Positions 60,862 to 64,000 of a stretch of 64,000 nt of DNA are shown piece by piece (the stretch's first letter is position 1; each line of letters starts with the position of its first letter). Origin of the DNA: Bacteroidales bacterium. GTDB lineage: Bacteria > Bacteroidota > Bacteroidia > Bacteroidales > VadinHA17. The position numbers were made by a program, and so were the translations under genes. The notes under the pieces were generated by a model. That model was not told the origin of the DNA and did not search any database. It saw only the letters and a program-made list of their open reading frames with translations. The stretch is from contig JBFYPG010000021.1 in NCBI GenBank assembly GCA_041303415.1, forward strand, positions 6,532 to 70,531, in the 5' to 3' direction.

Positions 60862-63800
60862 TCAGATTTCTTTCAGCAGCTCAAACTCCTCCATCAGACC
60901 GTAATCGAGCAGATCGTAATCCCTCCCTGCCGGATATGATTTGACATTCCGGAAATGCCATGGACCCACCAGGCCAGGATCAGGGTTGTTGAAATGCGGA
61001 CCAAGAAGGTTTTTAAGGCTCCCGATGACCTTCACTTCGATCTTATTTACCCCGGCTTTTATGAACCGGGTAACATCAGCCTGAAACGGAGGGAACGCGA
61101 TCACGCCTGCAGGCTCTCCGTTAACAGTAACTTCTGCGATCGTGCCCTTCCACTCATTAAGACTTACAACATATTTTCCCTGCGGATCTTCAATGATGAA
61201 TTCCCTGGTATATGTGATATCCCACGAATAGAATAGCAATCCCTGATCCTTCCAGCTTCCCATTGTTAATTTATTAACAGCAGGCTCAATGCTGAAGCCT
61301 TTATCAGCTGGCATAACAGAGAAATTGCCTAGTATATACACAGGCTCAATTTCAGCGTGTATCTTCATCTGGGATACATTCAGTGTTATTGAATTAATGC
61401 CTCTCTTAACAAGGTTCTCTATGTTGTAAACACCAAGCTCCCTGTCGAGCCACCATTTTCCCTCTTCTGCCTTTGCTTCCTTTCCGTTAACCATGACACT
61501 CCATAATTCCGGTCTTTCGATAACGGCTTTCATCCCGGCAAAATCAACTGCACCTCTGATATTGAAATAGTAAGTGGCTGTAAATCCGGTATTTGCTTCA
61601 AAATTATCGCGATCGACTATATTTGTCTTAAACTGTACAGAACTATTCCAGGGATTTCCTACGTCAAAGCCATAGTGCTTGTATACCCTGTCGGCAGCAT
61701 CGTAATTGTGAATGTCCTTAATGATCTCATCCACGATCTGAAGATCGCAGAATTCTATAGTAAGAACATTGTCCCCTTTCCTGCTGACGGTCATTTCCCC
61801 GGATTCCATAGCTGTGAATTTTCCCGGCATTTCGGGGATCTTAAATATACCCTGTTTGCTGAGCGGAAGATAAAGCAGCAGGCTTCCTGCCGGGGGAAGT
61901 TCGAAATTCAGCATGACATCCTTCCCTGCAGGAGTGCATGGGTATCCGTTGATCTCTCCTGATATTGTATTCAGCTCAATTGCCTCTGCGCCTCTGGTCA
62001 ATACTGTTCCTTTAATCGGCTCTTCAAGACTTGAATTGACCAGGAACAACAACTGACCGTCCGTCAGGTACCTGCGGTGATGATAAAGCTGGCCTCCCTT
62101 CACCTCAGAAAACCTTGATTCCTTTGAGAGGAAATACTTTGAGATAACCTCATCGTTAAGTTCACTTACAAGAATGATTTTGTCCCTGTATACCTCAAAC
62201 ATCTTTTCAAGGGCTGTATCATATGCCCCGTCAACAAGCGTCGGAAGTGAAAAGGAAATTAGCCTGCCGCCTCCGGCAACAAGCTTGCTGATAAGCCTGA
62301 ATGTTTCCTTGTCAAGGTTCTCAACCATGGGAGGGAGGACAACAGTTGAATAGTTCCCCTGCCCGACAATGAATCTGCCCGACTTCACTGACCCCATATC
62401 CTTGATTATGTTTTCGGAACCCAGGTCATATTCCACCTGGTTCTTTTCAAGCTCAGTTATAAAAATCTGGAATGACTGCCCTGTCTCAGCACATTTCGGA
62501 TTGCGTTTTGCATATGAATCATATAACCATGCAGAGGTTGTCGGCTCAATTACAAGGATCTCATTTATTTGTCTGCCTGCCGATAATGCCAGCGACAGCC
62601 GTGAGTAATGATCGCTGATATACCTGTAGTTATCCCACCATGGTTCATGGTAATCAAAAGTGGGAGGGTAGTCATATTTTCTTGCACCTGCCAGGGAGAA
62701 ATATGTAAGGTGCTGGTTCATAAAGTTAACGCCGAGCGCATATTCCCAGTCGCCGTTCCGTTTCATGTCAGTGAATGTCAGTTCCCATCCTGATCCGCCG
62801 TATGTCTCGCTCAGTTTCCTTTGCCTGCCGGTCTGGTTTGCAGCACTGGCAAGCTCCTTCACCGACCTGATATTCCCGAATTGTGCCTGAGGGGATACAT
62901 CGTCAAACTGGTTGAACAGCATATCAATTGCAGGCACCTGGTGCCAGGCATACATTGCCATGTTATCGCCGCCGTGGCGCATATTGGGCCATTCATGTTC
63001 CCAGTAGTGCCCCGTGAACTTCAATCCCTTACTTTCGCAATATTCATAATATGGTTTTGACCAGCGGTCAATGAAGAGCTGAAGCAGGGTCTGGGTGTAG
63101 TTATGTCTGACCTTTTTCCAGTCGCCGGCCTCTTCAAAGAGCGCCGGAAGCTGCGTCCTCAGGTCATATCCCCATTTTTCGAGGAACACTTCAAACAGGT
63201 CGGGAGTCCATCGGATCCCTCCCGGGGTATTTATGTGAGGCTCGTCGGTAAAGATTCCGGGGATTGTGTTCCCGAATTCACTGCCGGTTTGCTCCCCATA
63301 CCCTTTCATTGTAAGTTCAATGAACTTCTCTGTGACACCCGGATAGAGAAGATCGACATAAGTAAATCCCCCGTACCATTGGCTTTTGCCGTGATATGTT
63401 TTTGTGAAGAGGAAATAATTCCCTGTCTTGCCTTTTTCAGTATCAAGTGCTGAGGTGATGTCAAGGTAACTGCCGTTATCTTCCTTCAGGCAAAGGAAAT
63501 ACCTGTCTGCTGTATCAGGAAGAGTTTCAACCTTCGTCAGTCTGAGCCCCTGTCCCTGGTTGAACGACTCGGGCATCTGGTCGGGCACATGACCGCCGGC
63601 AAAGCCGCTGGGGTAGGAGTTTTCGTCATATATCCAGACCTTCATTCCGAGTTCCTTTCCCTTTTCAACAGTGTGTCTGAAGAGATCAAACCATTCGTCC
63701 GACAGGTATTCTGTAATCATTCCGGGGCGCGGATGCACAAATACCTGGCGGATTCCCTGTTCATTGAAATCATTCATGAAATTGTCAATCTCCTCTTTAG

Positions 63801-63984
63801 TGATCTTATAATTCCACACAAAGAATGGAGCTGTTGTATATTCAGCCGAAGGTGTTTTGAATTCTGCCGACAATGCTGCGAAGTCGTTGATCTTTACTTC
63901 GTTAATGGCGGATCTCTTGCAGGATGCCGTACCAAATAGTATGGTAACTAACAGGAACGATGACAGAAGAATCTTAGCTTTCAT
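60862..63984 (-). CDS. Large secreted lipoprotein glycoside hydrolase (family not assigned)
   Basis: Lipobox FGTASC. 1040 aa. The N-terminal block TAPFFVWNYKITKEEID......GIRQVFVHPRPGM.TEYLS.EW......G...GMKVWIYDE..YPSGFAGG is typical of uncharacterised Bacteroidota glycosyl hydrolases. The C-terminal beta-sandwich modules look sugar-binding. Confidence 0.6.
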   Translation of the reverse strand: MKAKILLSSFLLVTILFGTASCKRSAINEVKINDFAALSAEFKTPSAEYTTAPFFVWNYKITKEEIDNFMNDFNEQGIRQVFVHPRPGMITEYLSDEWFDLFRHTVEKGKELGMKVWIYDENSYPSGFAGGHVPDQMPESFNQGQGLRLTKVETLPDTADRYFLCLKEDNGSYLDITSALDTEKGKTGNYFLFTKTYHGKSQWYGGFTYVDLLYPGVTEKFIELTMKGYGEQTGSEFGNTIPGIFTDEPHINTPGGIRWTPDLFEVFLEKWGYDLRTQLPALFEEAGDWKKVRHNYTQTLLQLFIDRWSKPYYEYCESKGLKFTGHYWEHEWPNMRHGGDNMAMYAWHQVPAIDMLFNQFDDVSPQAQFGNIRSVKELASAANQTGRQRKLSETYGGSGWELTFTDMKRNGDWEYALGVNFMNQHLTYFSLAGARKYDYPPTFDYHEPWWDNYRYISDHYSRLSLALSAGRQINEILVIEPTTSAWLYDSYAKRNPKCAETGQSFQIFITELEKNQVEYDLGSENIIKDMGSVKSGRFIVGQGNYSTVVLPPMVENLDKETFRLISKLVAGGGRLISFSLPTLVDGAYDTALEKMFEVYRDKIILVSELNDEVISKYFLSKESRFSEVKGGQLYHHRRYLTDGQLLFLVNSSLEEPIKGTVLTRGAEAIELNTISGEINGYPCTPAGKDVMLNFELPPAGSLLLYLPLSKQGIFKIPEMPGKFTAMESGEMTVSRKGDNVLTIEFCDLQIVDEIIKDIHNYDAADRVYKHYGFDVGNPWNSSVQFKTNIVDRDNFEANTGFTATYYFNIRGAVDFAGMKAVIERPELWSVMVNGKEAKAEEGKWWLDRELGVYNIENLVKRGINSITLNVSQMKIHAEIEPVYILGNFSVMPADKGFSIEPAVNKLTMGSWKDQGLLFYSWDITYTREFIIEDPQGKYVVSLNEWKGTIAEVTVNGEPAGVIAFPPFQADVTRFIKAGVNKIEVKVIGSLKNLLGPHFNNPDPGLVGPWHFRNVKSYPAGRDYDLLDYGLMEEFELLKEI

Positions 63985-64000
63985 AGTTATCTTATGTTAT

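Noticed and set aside
1-64000. A search for prophage, integrative elements, transposases, toxin-antitoxin or known defence systems.
   Set aside because: No integrase, transposase, phage structural, restriction-modification (beyond the stand-alone HsdR_N-like domain), Cas, or abortive-infection-type motifs were recognised. Gene content and spacing look like core chromosome.

Overview
This is a dense, mostly housekeeping chromosomal segment with about 55 credible CDS. It looks like a Bacteroidota-type, probably anaerobic, genome: bamA-skp-skp-murI synteny, T9SS PorP/SprF plus a type-B C-terminal sorting domain, CarboxypepD_reg/TonB receptors, Na+-NQR, KorAB, and a tungsten/molybdenum AOR. In order, the window holds: bamA (5' truncated), two OmpH/Skp genes, murI, korAB, two very large paralogous receiver + PPDK_N-type ATP-grasp proteins, fabD, folE-queD, mqnB-mqnD, a nitroreductase, proline dehydrogenase, an ECF sigma / anti-sigma-like PKD protein / porP-sprF / ompH / GT2 cluster, ftsB-like, thiS-thiF-like divergent from aor-moeA-mogA, a DUF5103-like protein, nqrABCDEF-apbE plus a small 4-Cys membrane protein, a fused E1 alpha/beta 2-oxoacid dehydrogenase, an HPr-kinase-like P-loop protein, yqgE, holA, AMP nucleosidase, an HsdR_N-like protein + NUDIX fusion, an MBL hydrolase, a Pit transporter, an OmpR-type two-component system + TonB receptor + repeat lipoprotein, a FadL-like porin, a four-helix-bundle (IVS/Avd-like) ORF, and a glycoside hydrolase / lyase-like / acetyltransferase operon. 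I saw no rRNA, tRNA, CRISPR array, transposase, integrase or recognisable defence system. The items most worth a second look are: (1) the tandem REC-REC-PPDK_N proteins, which lack a visible phosphohistidine domain and sit directly after korAB; (2) the HPrK-like kinase with a large unknown N-terminal domain, whose 3' end overlaps the convergent E1 gene; (3) a family of intergenic inverted repeats whose arms are tandem 7-10 nt oligomers, one of which encloses the four-helix-bundle ORF in a ~440-nt loop; (4) a single-TM, four-cysteine mini-protein next to nqr-apbE that may be an NqrM analogue. All functional calls rest on motif recognition by eye; no database search was run.
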